64,000 bases of DNA, from assembly GCA_963788185.1 (NCBI GenBank), contig CAWBGE010000013.1, positions 27,350-91,349 on the forward strand, in the 5' to 3' direction. A program made the position numbers and the translations under genes. This DNA comes from an uncultured beta proteobacterium. GTDB taxonomy: Bacteria > Pseudomonadota > Gammaproteobacteria > Burkholderiales > Casimicrobiaceae. Of the stretch, positions 41,646-50,881 are shown in pieces (positions within the stretch are counted from its first letter, which is position 1; the number at the start of each line of letters is the position of its first letter). Below the pieces are notes generated by a model, which searched no databases, was not told the origin of the DNA, and was given only the letters and a program-made list of their open reading frames with translations.

Positions 41646-43471
41646 CGCCGGGGAGCTTCCTGCGATGCCGGCTGACCTGGGCGGTCCTCGGCATGGTCGG
41701 GGCGGCGATGGTGGCGCTGGCGCCGCGGGCGATTGCGCAGGCGGACCCGTCCAAGGTGCTGCGGGTTTCGATCGCCGTCGCCGAGACCGGTTTCGATCCG
41801 CAGGCGGCGGGTGACGCCTTTTCGAATTACGTCAACCAGGCCATCTTCGATACGCTCTATCGATACGATTACCTTGCGCGACCGCACACGCTGGTTGCGA
41901 GGACGGCGCAGGCGCTGCCCGAAATCTCCGCCGACGGCAGGACGTGGACGATGCGCGTGCGGCCGGGCATCCACTTTGCGGACGACCCGGCATTCAAGGG
42001 GCAGAAGCGCGAACTGGTCGCCGCCGACTACGTCTACGCGATCAAGCGGATCCTCGATCCCAAGGTCCGCTCCAACACCCTGCAGTCCGTGGACGGACGC
42101 TTCGTCGGCGCCGACGCGGTGGTGGCGAAGGCGCGGGAGACCGGCAAATTCGACTACGACGCGCCGATCGAGGGGCTGCAGGCGATCGACCGCTATACGC
42201 TGCGCTTCAAGCTCGCGTTTCCCGATTACGAACTCCTCGCCAACCTCACCACCACCGCGTTCGCCGCGGTCGCGCGCGAGGTCATCGACGCCTACGGGGA
42301 CGCCAGCGGCTGGGCGATGGCCAATCCGGTGGGAACCGGTCCGTATCGGCTCAAGGAGTGGCGCCGCGGCCAGCGGATCGTGCTCGAGGCCAATCCGGCA
42401 TTTCGCGACGAGCGCTATCCGCAACCGGCGAATCCGGCCGACCGCGCGCTGGTCGCCAGGCTCGTCGGCCGCAAGCTGCCGCTGATCGGCCGCATCGAAG
42501 TCAGCGTCATCGAGGAGTCGAGCCCGCGGCTGCTCGCCTTCGCGCAGAACCAGCTCGACTACGTGGCCGTGCCCGTCGATCTCGTGCCGAAAGTGCTCGA
42601 TGCAGACAACCGGCTGCTGCCGCAGTATGCCGCTGCCGGGGTGAAGCTGGCGCGCGAGGTGCTGCCGGCGATCAGCTACCTCTACTTCAACATGGAAGAC
42701 CCGGTCGTCGGCGGCACCGCGCCAGAGCGGATTGCGCTGCGCCGCGCGATTGCACTGGCGTACAACGTCGACGAGGACATCCGGGTCATCCGCCAGGGAC
42801 AGGGGATGGCGGCCACGCAGCTGGTGCCGCCCGGCATGAGCGCGCACGACCCGACGGTCCCGGCGCGCGCCGGTTACGATCCGGCCGCCGCCCGTGCGCT
42901 GCTCGACAAGTTCGGCTACAGGGACCGCAACGGCGACGGCACGCGCGAGCGGCCCGACGGCTCGCCGTTGCAGATCAAAATGTACTCGACGCCCTCGGCG
43001 ATCGACCGCCAGATCGACGAGCTGTGGAAGAAGAACATGGCCGCGATCGGACTCGACGTCGAGTTCGTCAAGCAGAAGTGGCCCGATCTCCTCAAATCCG
43101 CGCGGCTCGGACAGCTGCAGGCGTGGCGGCTGGGCAACATCAACACGCACCCCGAGGGCTTCGGGTTCTTCGGCCTGCTCCATGGCCCGAACGCGGGCTT
43201 CTCGAATCTCGCGCGCTTCAATCTGGCCGAGTACGATCGCCTGTACGTCGAGGCGCGCAGCCTGCCGGACGGGTCGCAGCGGCTGAAGCTCACGCGGCAG
43301 ATGAACGAAATCGTCCGCAACTACGCGCCCTGGGTGCTGCTCGCCTTCCGCGTCGACAACGTGATCACCCAACCCTGGGTGCTGGGCTACCGGTTCAATC
43401 CGTACTGGCTCCATCCGTGGGCGTACCTCGACATCGACACCGCGATGCAGGCGAAGGCCGGCGCCAAATGA
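41642..43471 (+). CDS. ABC-type solute-binding protein, family 5 (peptide/opine/nickel type), paralogue 1
   Basis: The GTG start overlaps the gpx stop (GTGA). There is a signal peptide ending AIAQA. Length is 609 aa, with the motif AETGFDPQA. Confidence 0.85.
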   Translation: MTPGSFLRCRLTWAVLGMVGAAMVALAPRAIAQADPSKVLRVSIAVAETGFDPQAAGDAFSNYVNQAIFDTLYRYDYLARPHTLVARTAQALPEISADGRTWTMRVRPGIHFADDPAFKGQKRELVAADYVYAIKRILDPKVRSNTLQSVDGRFVGADAVVAKARETGKFDYDAPIEGLQAIDRYTLRFKLAFPDYELLANLTTTAFAAVAREVIDAYGDASGWAMANPVGTGPYRLKEWRRGQRIVLEANPAFRDERYPQPANPADRALVARLVGRKLPLIGRIEVSVIEESSPRLLAFAQNQLDYVAVPVDLVPKVLDADNRLLPQYAAAGVKLAREVLPAISYLYFNMEDPVVGGTAPERIALRRAIALAYNVDEDIRVIRQGQGMAATQLVPPGMSAHDPTVPARAGYDPAAARALLDKFGYRDRNGDGTRERPDGSPLQIKMYSTPSAIDRQIDELWKKNMAAIGLDVEFVKQKWPDLLKSARLGQLQAWRLGNINTHPEGFGFFGLLHGPNAGFSNLARFNLAEYDRLYVEARSLPDGSQRLKLTRQMNEIVRNYAPWVLLAFRVDNVITQPWVLGYRFNPYWLHPWAYLDIDTAMQAKAGAK

Positions 43472-45297
43472 GCCGGCGTTCGGCGCGGGCCGCGGTGCTG
43501 ATGGCGTGGGTGTTGGCGTCGGCGGTGCTCCTGCCGGCCCCGGCGATCGCGCAGCAGGGCGCGAGCTGGGCCGACCCGGCAAAGGTGATTCGCGTGATGT
43601 TTCCGGTGGCGGAGACCGGCTTCGATCCGCAGGCAACGTCGGACCTCTACTCGGGCCACGTCGAACGCGCGATCTTCGAAACCCTCTACGTCTACGACTA
43701 CCTCGCGCGCCCGTACCGGATGGTCCCCAGCCTCGCCGCCGCGATGCCGGAAATCTCGGCCGACGGGCGGGTGTGGACGATACGCATCAGGCCCGGCATT
43801 CACTTCGCAGACGATCCCGCGTTCAGGGGCCTGCGACGCGAGCTGACCGCCCACGATGTCGTCTATTCGTGGAAGCGGCTCCTCGATCCGAGGATCCGCT
43901 CGCCGTATCTGTGGTACCTCGACGGCAAGCTCGAGGGCGCCGCGCCGGTGCTGGCGAAGGCGAAGGCAGCGGGCAAGCTCGACTACGATCTCGAGATCCC
44001 GGGCCTGAAAGCCATCGACCGCTACACGCTGCGCGTGCAGCTCGTCGAGCCCGATTACGTTCTGCAGGGCTACATGTCGCACAGCGCGATGTCGATCGTC
44101 GCGCGCGAAGTGATCGAAGCGTACGGCGATGCGAGCGGCTGGGCGATGGCGAACCCGGTCGGCACGGGCCCCTTTCGCCTGGCGCAGTGGCGACGCGGGC
44201 AGAAGATCACGCTGGAGGCGAACCCGGGCTACCGCGACGTCCGCCTGTCCGTCGCCGGCGCGGAACCCGGTGACCGCGCCCTGGTGGCGGCGATGCAGGG
44301 CAAGCGATTGCCGCAGGTCGGTCGGGTCGAGATCTCGATCATCGAGGAGTCGAACCCGCAGCTGCTCGCGTTCAACAGCGGCGAGCTGGAGTATGCCAAT
44401 GTTCCCTCCGACCTCATCGCGAATGTGCTGGACCCGGGGAACCGCCTCAGGAAGACCTACGCGGACCAGCAGGTGGTGCTGCATCGAACCACGCAGCCCG
44501 CGCTCGCGTACACGTACTTCAACATCGAGGATGCCGTGCTGGGCGGCTACGCGCCGGAGCGAATCGCGCTGCGGCGCGCGATCATCATGGGCTTCAATGT
44601 CGACGAGCTGATCCGTGTCTGGTACCAGGGACAGGCGCTGCCGGCGACGCAGCCGATACCTCCCGGCGTCGCGGGGCACAGCACGGGATTCGTGGCGCGC
44701 CAGCCCTTTGACCCGGTCGCGGCGCGAATGCTCCTCGACAGGTTCGGCTATCGCGACCGCGACGGCGACGGCTTCCGCGAACTGCCCGACGGAACGCCCC
44801 TCGTCCTGACGATGGGCTCGTCGACCGCCGGGCGCGACCGCGAACGCGACGAACTGTGGAAGAAGAACATGACGGCGATCGGCGTCCGGCTCGACTTCGT
44901 CAAGCAGAAGTGGCCGGATCTGCTCAAGATGGGGCGGGCGGGGAAGCTGCAGATGTGGCCGGTCGGCTGGATCACGCAGTACGGCGAGGGCGATGCGTTC
45001 ATGCAGTTGCTGTACGGCCGCAACATCGGGCAGTCGAACTACTCGCGCTTCTCGCGCGCCGACTACGATGCCCTGTACCGGCAGAGCAAGACGATTCCGG
45101 ACGGCCCCGAGCGCGACGCGCTGTACCGGACGATGGCGAAGATCGTCGCCGCATACAACCCGTGGGATCTGGGCGTCTACCGCATCGAGAATACGCTGGT
45201 GCGGCCCTGGCTCGTCGGTTACAAGAAGCACGTCTACTGGGAGCATCCGTGGCTCTACCATGACGTCGACGTCGCGCGCAAAGGCGCGGCCCGATAG
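43468..45297 (+). CDS. ABC-type solute-binding protein, family 5, paralogue 2
   Basis: The ATG overlaps the upstream stop (ATGA). There is a signal peptide ending AIAQQ. Length is 609 aa, and the protein is colinear with paralogue 1 (for example PEISADGR.W..R.RPGIHFADDPAF). Confidence 0.88.
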   Translation: MSRRSARAAVLMAWVLASAVLLPAPAIAQQGASWADPAKVIRVMFPVAETGFDPQATSDLYSGHVERAIFETLYVYDYLARPYRMVPSLAAAMPEISADGRVWTIRIRPGIHFADDPAFRGLRRELTAHDVVYSWKRLLDPRIRSPYLWYLDGKLEGAAPVLAKAKAAGKLDYDLEIPGLKAIDRYTLRVQLVEPDYVLQGYMSHSAMSIVAREVIEAYGDASGWAMANPVGTGPFRLAQWRRGQKITLEANPGYRDVRLSVAGAEPGDRALVAAMQGKRLPQVGRVEISIIEESNPQLLAFNSGELEYANVPSDLIANVLDPGNRLRKTYADQQVVLHRTTQPALAYTYFNIEDAVLGGYAPERIALRRAIIMGFNVDELIRVWYQGQALPATQPIPPGVAGHSTGFVARQPFDPVAARMLLDRFGYRDRDGDGFRELPDGTPLVLTMGSSTAGRDRERDELWKKNMTAIGVRLDFVKQKWPDLLKMGRAGKLQMWPVGWITQYGEGDAFMQLLYGRNIGQSNYSRFSRADYDALYRQSKTIPDGPERDALYRTMAKIVAAYNPWDLGVYRIENTLVRPWLVGYKKHVYWEHPWLYHDVDVARKGAAR

Positions 45298-45449
45298 CCG
45301 GGCACACGCGCCGAGGGCGCCGGATGCCAAGGACTGCGCTCCACGCCACAAGGCGTGAACATTTGTCGGGTCCGCTGTTGCCTTCCGCTTGTTGCCTCGA
45401 CGGCGACGGCGTAACATCGGCCAGCAAGCACAAAGAACGTCGAGGGACC

Positions 45450-45590
45450 ATGACACACGCGCACATTCAATTTCCGCTCTCTGCCGATCAGGCAGACGGG
45501 GTGGTCGTGCGCGTCGCCGGCATTCCGTTCGGAATGTCGGATCCGGTGCTCACGGTCCGCACCCCGTCCTGCCGCGGCAAGTTGCGGTAA
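45450..45590 (+). CDS. Possible small protein (46 aa), hypothetical
   Basis: The ATG is preceded by GAGGGA. About 78 percent of third positions are G/C (36 of 46 codons by hand count). A GC-rich hairpin follows the stop. I recognise no homologue. Confidence 0.3.
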   Translation: MTHAHIQFPLSADQADGVVVRVAGIPFGMSDPVLTVRTPSCRGKLR

Positions 45591-45722
45591 GCGTCCGCCG
45601 GGTTCCCCCGCCGGATGGCAGGCGGGAACCGAAACAGCAACAACAGCCGTCGTTTCCCCGCCTGTTTCCTGCACCGCGATTGCGGTGCGTAGCCGCTTTG
45701 CGGCGCTGAGAAACGAACAGGT

Positions 45723-47003
45723 TTGATCATGGCCAGAGTGTCGAGACAAGTCGGAAGGTACTTCGGGGGCCTGTGGCGCCGCCCGGATTTCCTGCGCCTG
45801 TGGACGTCGATGACGATCACGTCGTTCGGCGCGCAGATCACCAATCTCGCGTTGCCGCTGACGGCCGCGGTGCTGTTGCAGGCGACGCCGATGCAGATGG
45901 GCGTGCTGATCGCGCTCGAGACGCTGCCGTTCGCGCTGGTGTCGTTGCACGCCGGGGTGCTGCTCGACCGCGTGCGCAAGCTGCCGATCGTCATTCTCTC
46001 CGACGTCGGGCGCGGCATCTCGCTGCTCGCCCTGCCGCTGGCGGCGTTCACCGACCTGCTGTCGATCGAAATCCTCTACGCCGTCGGCTTTCTGTGCGGC
46101 GTCCAGAATGTCGTCGGGGGTGCGGCGTATCAGGTGCTGCTCGCGCAGATGGCAGGGCGCAAGCGCCTCGTCGAGGCGAATGCCAAGATCACGCTGGGCG
46201 AGACCTCGGCGGCACTCGTCGGCCCCGGCCTCGCGGGGGGATTGATACAGATCCTGACGGCGCCTTTCGCGATCGTCATCGATGCGCTGACGTTCTTTCT
46301 GTCCGCGCTGCTCCTGCGTCGCATCCGTGCGCCGAGCGACGTGCCGCACGCGGGTCCGCGGCAATCGGTCGGCGCGGAGATCGCGGAAGGGCTGAAGCTC
46401 GTGCGCGACAACCGCACGCTGCTGGCGTTGGCCTGGCTCGCGGGCCTGTGGCAGCTGTTGCACCACATGCAGCTCGCCGTGCTGATCCTGTTCGCGACGC
46501 GCGACCTCGGATTGTCGGCCGGGGCGATCGGCATCACCTACGCCTTCGGCGGACTGGGCTGCGTGCTGGCGGCAGCGTCCGCGGAGCGCCTCTCGGCGCG
46601 GCTCGGGGTGGGGCCGGTGATCATCTACGGCCTGCTGTTCACCGCGATCGCTTGGCAGGCGTTCGGGCTCATCAGTGGCTCGGTCGCATTCGCCACATTG
46701 GCGCTCGGCATCGCGATGCTGACGTTCGACTTCGGCGGCGTGCTGTTCGGCATCAACTACCTGGCGCTGCGGCAGGCGATCACGCCCGATCGCCTGCTCG
46801 GCCGGATGACGGCGACGATGCGCTTCCTGACCGTTGCCGCCGCCCCGCTGGGTTCGTTCGCCGGCGGCGCACTGGCGACGGCGATCGGCTTGCGCAACAC
46901 GCTGCTCACCGTCGGCGTGCTCGGGCTCGCGCTGGCCGCGGGTGCGATCGCATGGTCGCCGGTGCGCCGGCATCACCGGCTGCCCGGCGTGGCGAGCGAT
47001 TGA
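45723..47003 (+). CDS. MFS transporter (EntS/MFS_3-like)
   Basis: 426 aa with about 12 TM segments. The N-terminus FLRLWTSMTITSFGAQITNLALPLTA is typical of the 'transmembrane secretion effector' MFS subfamily (from memory). Confidence 0.85.
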   Translation: MIMARVSRQVGRYFGGLWRRPDFLRLWTSMTITSFGAQITNLALPLTAAVLLQATPMQMGVLIALETLPFALVSLHAGVLLDRVRKLPIVILSDVGRGISLLALPLAAFTDLLSIEILYAVGFLCGVQNVVGGAAYQVLLAQMAGRKRLVEANAKITLGETSAALVGPGLAGGLIQILTAPFAIVIDALTFFLSALLLRRIRAPSDVPHAGPRQSVGAEIAEGLKLVRDNRTLLALAWLAGLWQLLHHMQLAVLILFATRDLGLSAGAIGITYAFGGLGCVLAAASAERLSARLGVGPVIIYGLLFTAIAWQAFGLISGSVAFATLALGIAMLTFDFGGVLFGINYLALRQAITPDRLLGRMTATMRFLTVAAAPLGSFAGGALATAIGLRNTLLTVGVLGLALAAGAIAWSPVRRHHRLPGVASD

Positions 47004-47025
47004 CGCCGTGAGCTCCCTTCACTGC

Positions 47026-47724
47026 ATGGGGCGTGCTGCTGTCGCGGGCGTCGTGGTTGTCATCCTCGGCGCCTGCGATGCGGTCACGAGCGCGGCGCAA
47101 CGTGCGGGCGTGGTGCCGACGTTCGAGCAGCACTGTGCGAAGGCGCTGCCGCCGACGCGCGTCGACGTTGCCGCGGTTCCCGTGACCTACGCGACCGACG
47201 ACACCCGTCCCTACGCCGAGCTGACGCGGATGGGCGTCGAAGCGGGGGAAGGCGAGCGCGTGATCGGGCTGACACGTGCGCGGATCAGTCACAGCGCATC
47301 GATCGCTGTCGCCGGCATCGAGGATCCGCGATCGAGGCAGGTGTGCGTGCGTCCGGAAATCGAGGTCCGGCTGTCGATGGTCCCGATGACCGTCTACGTC
47401 GGTCGCGAGTTCCGCGGCGACGAGTGCAAGCGGGAAGCGATCATGGAGCACGAGCGCAGGCACGTCGCCGTGTATCGCGACTACCTCGCCGAAGTCGTGG
47501 TGGAAGTGCGCGACGAGATCACTCGCGCCTACGGCAACGTCGTGATGCATTTCGCGGGTCGCGATCAGGCGCAGCATGAAATCGAGACGGCGCTGACCGG
47601 CTACCTCGATCCGATCCTGCAGAGGAGCACGCGGGAGCTGAAATCGCGCCAGGCCGACGTCGACACGCCGGCCGAATACGCGCGCGTCGCCGCCGCCTGC
47701 GGCGGCATCGCGGTGTTCGAATGA
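47026..47724 (+). CDS. Lipoprotein with HExxH motif (possible DUF922-like zincin)
   Basis: A lipobox is present (VVVVILGAC). The sequence contains a single HERRH in IMEHERRHVAVY. An alternative GTG start exists at 47008. Confidence 0.7.
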   Translation: MGRAAVAGVVVVILGACDAVTSAAQRAGVVPTFEQHCAKALPPTRVDVAAVPVTYATDDTRPYAELTRMGVEAGEGERVIGLTRARISHSASIAVAGIEDPRSRQVCVRPEIEVRLSMVPMTVYVGREFRGDECKREAIMEHERRHVAVYRDYLAEVVVEVRDEITRAYGNVVMHFAGRDQAQHEIETALTGYLDPILQRSTRELKSRQADVDTPAEYARVAAACGGIAVFE

Positions 47725-47735
47725 GCGGCGCGAAC

Positions 47736-47903
47736 ACTAGTACCGCGACCCATAAATTTCGCTATGTTCGAGCCGCCCCGCATCGTCATCGGCATTGTCG
47801 CTCATCCTCGCAATAGCACGGGCTATTGCTGCGGTTCGCTTCGCGCCGCTGACGCGCGGATGCGCCTCTCGGCATGTACGCAAACTTATGGGTCGCGGTA
47901 CTA
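47736..47903. repeat. 168-bp element bounded by 18-bp perfect inverted repeats (MITE-like or long terminator stem)
   Basis: TAGTACCGCGACCCATAA (47736-53) and TTATGGGTCGCGGTACTA (47886-903). The similarity continues imperfectly for about 6 more nt inward. There is an internal hairpin GCAATAGC-ACGG-GCTATTGC (47810-29). The right repeat contains the argD stop codon. Confidence 0.6.
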
Positions 47904-49223
47904 CGTCAGCGCGTGGTTCAGCGCCTGCTCGAGCCGGGCGAGGCCTTCGAGCATCTCGTCGAGGCTGATCACCAGCGACGGGGCGATACGGACGACATCC
48001 GGTCCGGCGACCAGCAGCAGCAGGCCGTATTCGCCTGCGGCCTTGACGACGTCCATCGCCTTGCCCTGCCACTTTGCTTCGAGTTCGCAACCGATCCACA
48101 CGCCTTCGCCGCGCAACTCCGAGAACACGCGGCGCCGCGCGTTGATGGCCTTCAGGCCCTCGATGAACAGCGCGTGGCGGGCCTTGACCCCGTCCAGCAC
48201 TTCGACGGTGTTGATGACATCGAATACGGCGCCGGCGACCGCGCACGCGAGCGGGTTGCCGCCGTAGGTGGTGCCGTGGACGCCGACCGAGAACGCACGC
48301 GCGACCTCGGTGGTCGTCAGCATCGCTCCGATGGGAAAGCCGCCGCCCAGCCCCTTGGCGCTGGTCAGGATGTCGGGCGTGACGCCCTTCTGCATGTACG
48401 AGAACAGCGCGCCGGTCCGCCCCATGCCGCTCTGGATCTCGTCGAGGATCAGCAGCGCGCCGTGCTCGGTGCAGAGCCGGCGCGCGGCCTGCAGGAACTC
48501 GGGCGTGCCCGGGATCATGCCGCCCTCGCCCTGCATGGGTTCGAGGATGACCGCGCAGATGTCGGCGCCATGGGCGGCAAATTCGGCTTCGAGCGCGGCG
48601 ATGTCGTTGTACGGCAGGTGGTCGAAACCCGCGGGGTTCGGTCCGAAGCCGCTGGCGTATTTTTCCTGCCCGCCGGCGGTGACGGTGAACAGCGTCCGGC
48701 CGTGGAAGGCGTTCAGCGTCGACACCACGCGCATCTTGTGCGGGCCGAAGCGATCGTGGGCGTAGCGGCGCGCGAGCTTCAACGCGGCCTCGTTGGCCTC
48801 GGCACCCGAGTTGCAGAAGAACACCCGCTCGGCGAACGTGGTGTCGGTCAGCCGCTTGGCGAGCCGCAGCGCCGGCTCGTTCGTGTACCAGTTGGAGACA
48901 TGCCAGAGCGTGCCCGCCTGCTCGGTGATGGCCTTGACCATCACGGGGTGGCAATGGCCCAGCGCCGTGACGGCGACACCGGCGCCGAAGTCGATGTACA
49001 TCCGCCCTGCCTGGTCCCAGACGCGCGAACCCTCGCCGCGCACGGGAACGAATGGCGCCGGCGCGAAGCAGGGCACCATCACTTCGTCGAACAGCGCACG
49101 GGTGACCGGCAGCGTGGCGGCAGAGCTGGGTGTGGCGACGTCGCGCCGGGCGGTGGCGGAGACGATCTGCTGGGCGGCGACGGAGAGCGGTGGCATGGCG
49201 GCGGGAACGGGCGTGGAGACCAT
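47901..49223 (-). CDS. argD: Acetylornithine/succinylornithine-family aminotransferase
   Basis: [37 protein letters not shown] and the PLP-Lys region [16 protein letters not shown] are present. The start was chosen 8 nt after the ridA stop, and the N-terminal length is uncertain. Confidence 0.88.
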   Translation of the reverse strand: MVSTPVPAAMPPLSVAAQQIVSATARRDVATPSSAATLPVTRALFDEVMVPCFAPAPFVPVRGEGSRVWDQAGRMYIDFGAGVAVTALGHCHPVMVKAITEQAGTLWHVSNWYTNEPALRLAKRLTDTTFAERVFFCNSGAEANEAALKLARRYAHDRFGPHKMRVVSTLNAFHGRTLFTVTAGGQEKYASGFGPNPAGFDHLPYNDIAALEAEFAAHGADICAVILEPMQGEGGMIPGTPEFLQAARRLCTEHGALLILDEIQSGMGRTGALFSYMQKGVTPDILTSAKGLGGGFPIGAMLTTTEVARAFSVGVHGTTYGGNPLACAVAGAVFDVINTVEVLDGVKARHALFIEGLKAINARRRVFSELRGEGVWIGCELEAKWQGKAMDVVKAAGEYGLLLLVAGPDVVRIAPSLVISLDEMLEGLARLEQALNHALT

Positions 49224-49231
49224 CGCAGGCG

Positions 49232-49594
49232 TCACGCGGATGCTGTTGCGGCGACGACCTGGATCTCCACCTTGTACTCGGGCGCCGCCAGGTTGGCCTG
49301 GACCGTTGCGCGCGCCGGTGTGTGCCCGGGCAGCACCCAGGATTCCCACACCGCATTGAGCGCCGGAAAATCCTTCATGTCGGGCAGGTAGATGGTCGCC
49401 GAGAGGATGCGCGTCTTGTCCGATCCGGCCTCCGCGAGCAGCGCATCGATCTGCGCCAGCACCTGTTGCGTCTGGCCGGTGATGTCGGCCTTGGGGTCGG
49501 CTGCGACCTGCCCCGCGAGGTACGCAGTGCCCGATGCACGGTTGATCACAAGTTCCGACAGGCGCTTGCCGACGTGGCGGCGTTCGATGGTCAT
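49232..49594 (-). CDS. RidA/YjgF-family protein
   Basis: 120 aa with [15 protein letters not shown] and PARATVQA motifs. Confidence 0.9.
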   Translation of the reverse strand: MTIERRHVGKRLSELVINRASGTAYLAGQVAADPKADITGQTQQVLAQIDALLAEAGSDKTRILSATIYLPDMKDFPALNAVWESWVLPGHTPARATVQANLAAPEYKVEIQVVAATASA

Positions 49595-49687
49595 GGTGCT
49601 ATCCTGAGTGCGGCGCGCACGGTCGGCGCGGACGAGGAGGATTGTAAGCGAAATGACGCCGCGGCTTGCCCTGACGACTTGATCGTT

Positions 49688-50680
49688 TCAGTCCACCTTG
49701 GCGCCGGACAGTTTCACGATTCGCGCGTATTTCGTCATCTCGCGGCCGATGAACTGGGCGAACTCCTGCGGCGAGTTGGGGGCCGGTTCCACGCCCAGCA
49801 GCAGCAGTCGCTCGCGCACGTCCGGCGCATTGAGGATCCGCGTGACCTCGCTGTTCCAGCGCGCGACGATGTCCGGGGGCGTGCCGGCGGGGGCGAGCAA
49901 TCCGAACCAGGTCGTGATGTCGAACCCGGGCAGGCCTGCTTCGGCGAGCGTCGGCAGATCGGGCGCGAGTTTCGAGCGTTGCGCCGTCGTCACCGCCAGT
50001 GCCTTGAGTTTTCCGGCCTTGACCTGCGGCGTCGAACTCGCGAGGTTGTCGAACATCAGCTGCGTGTCCCCCGCGAGCAGCGCCTGCATCGCCGGCGCCG
50101 CACCCTTGAACGGCACGTGCAGCATGTCGGCGCCGGTTTCGGCCTTGAACAGCTCACCGGCGAGATGGCCTGCGCTGCCGTTGCTGCCGGAGCCGAAGGC
50201 GAGCTTGCCCGGATTCGCCTTGGCGTAGGCGATGAACTCCCTGGCCGAATTGACGGGCAGCACGGGATTCACCACCAGCACGTTGGGCGTGACCGCCACC
50301 AGCGAGATCGGCGCGAAGTCCTTGACCGCGTCGTAGGGCATCTTCGGATACAGACTGGGATTGACGGCGTGCGTCGACAACGCGCCCATGACTACCGTGT
50401 ATCCATCCGGCGCCGACTTGGCGACGAGGTCCGCGCCGATGTTGCCGCCCGCGCCGGGCCGGTTGTCGACCACGACATTCTGTCCCCAGGCTTCGGTCAG
50501 CTTTTGCGCAATCGTGCGGCCGACGGCATCCAGAGGCCCTCCCGGAGGGAAGGGGATGACCAGCCGAACCGGCTTCGACGGAAAGGACTGCGCCTGGGCG
50601 GTTGGGGCCGCGACGGACGCGACGAGCGCACATGCGGCGAGGGTCAGCAGCGCGGGACGAAGCAGGCGAGGGATCGACAT
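49688..50680 (-). CDS. Tripartite tricarboxylate transporter substrate-binding protein (Bug/TctC family), orphan
   Basis: Signal peptide MSIPRLLRPALLTLAACALVASVAAPTAQA, followed by FPSKPVRLVIPFPPGGPLD and NRPGAGGNIG. Confidence 0.88.
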   Translation of the reverse strand: MSIPRLLRPALLTLAACALVASVAAPTAQAQSFPSKPVRLVIPFPPGGPLDAVGRTIAQKLTEAWGQNVVVDNRPGAGGNIGADLVAKSAPDGYTVVMGALSTHAVNPSLYPKMPYDAVKDFAPISLVAVTPNVLVVNPVLPVNSAREFIAYAKANPGKLAFGSGSNGSAGHLAGELFKAETGADMLHVPFKGAAPAMQALLAGDTQLMFDNLASSTPQVKAGKLKALAVTTAQRSKLAPDLPTLAEAGLPGFDITTWFGLLAPAGTPPDIVARWNSEVTRILNAPDVRERLLLLGVEPAPNSPQEFAQFIGREMTKYARIVKLSGAKVD

Positions 50681-50881
50681 GGGAGGGTGTCGCGGGCGTC
50701 CCGCGCAGAGTGGGGATGGAAATCGAATCTTATCAGCCCGCAGGCACAGGGGCGTCAGCGTGTCGGTTCGTTGCCTGGTATGGGAAGCACGGCGCATAAT
50801 TCGCGCCTTACCCGGTGGCGTCGGCACGGCGTGCGCTGGTCTTGTTCAGAGTGTCGTCTGCGCGGCCCGGCCGCTTCCAAA

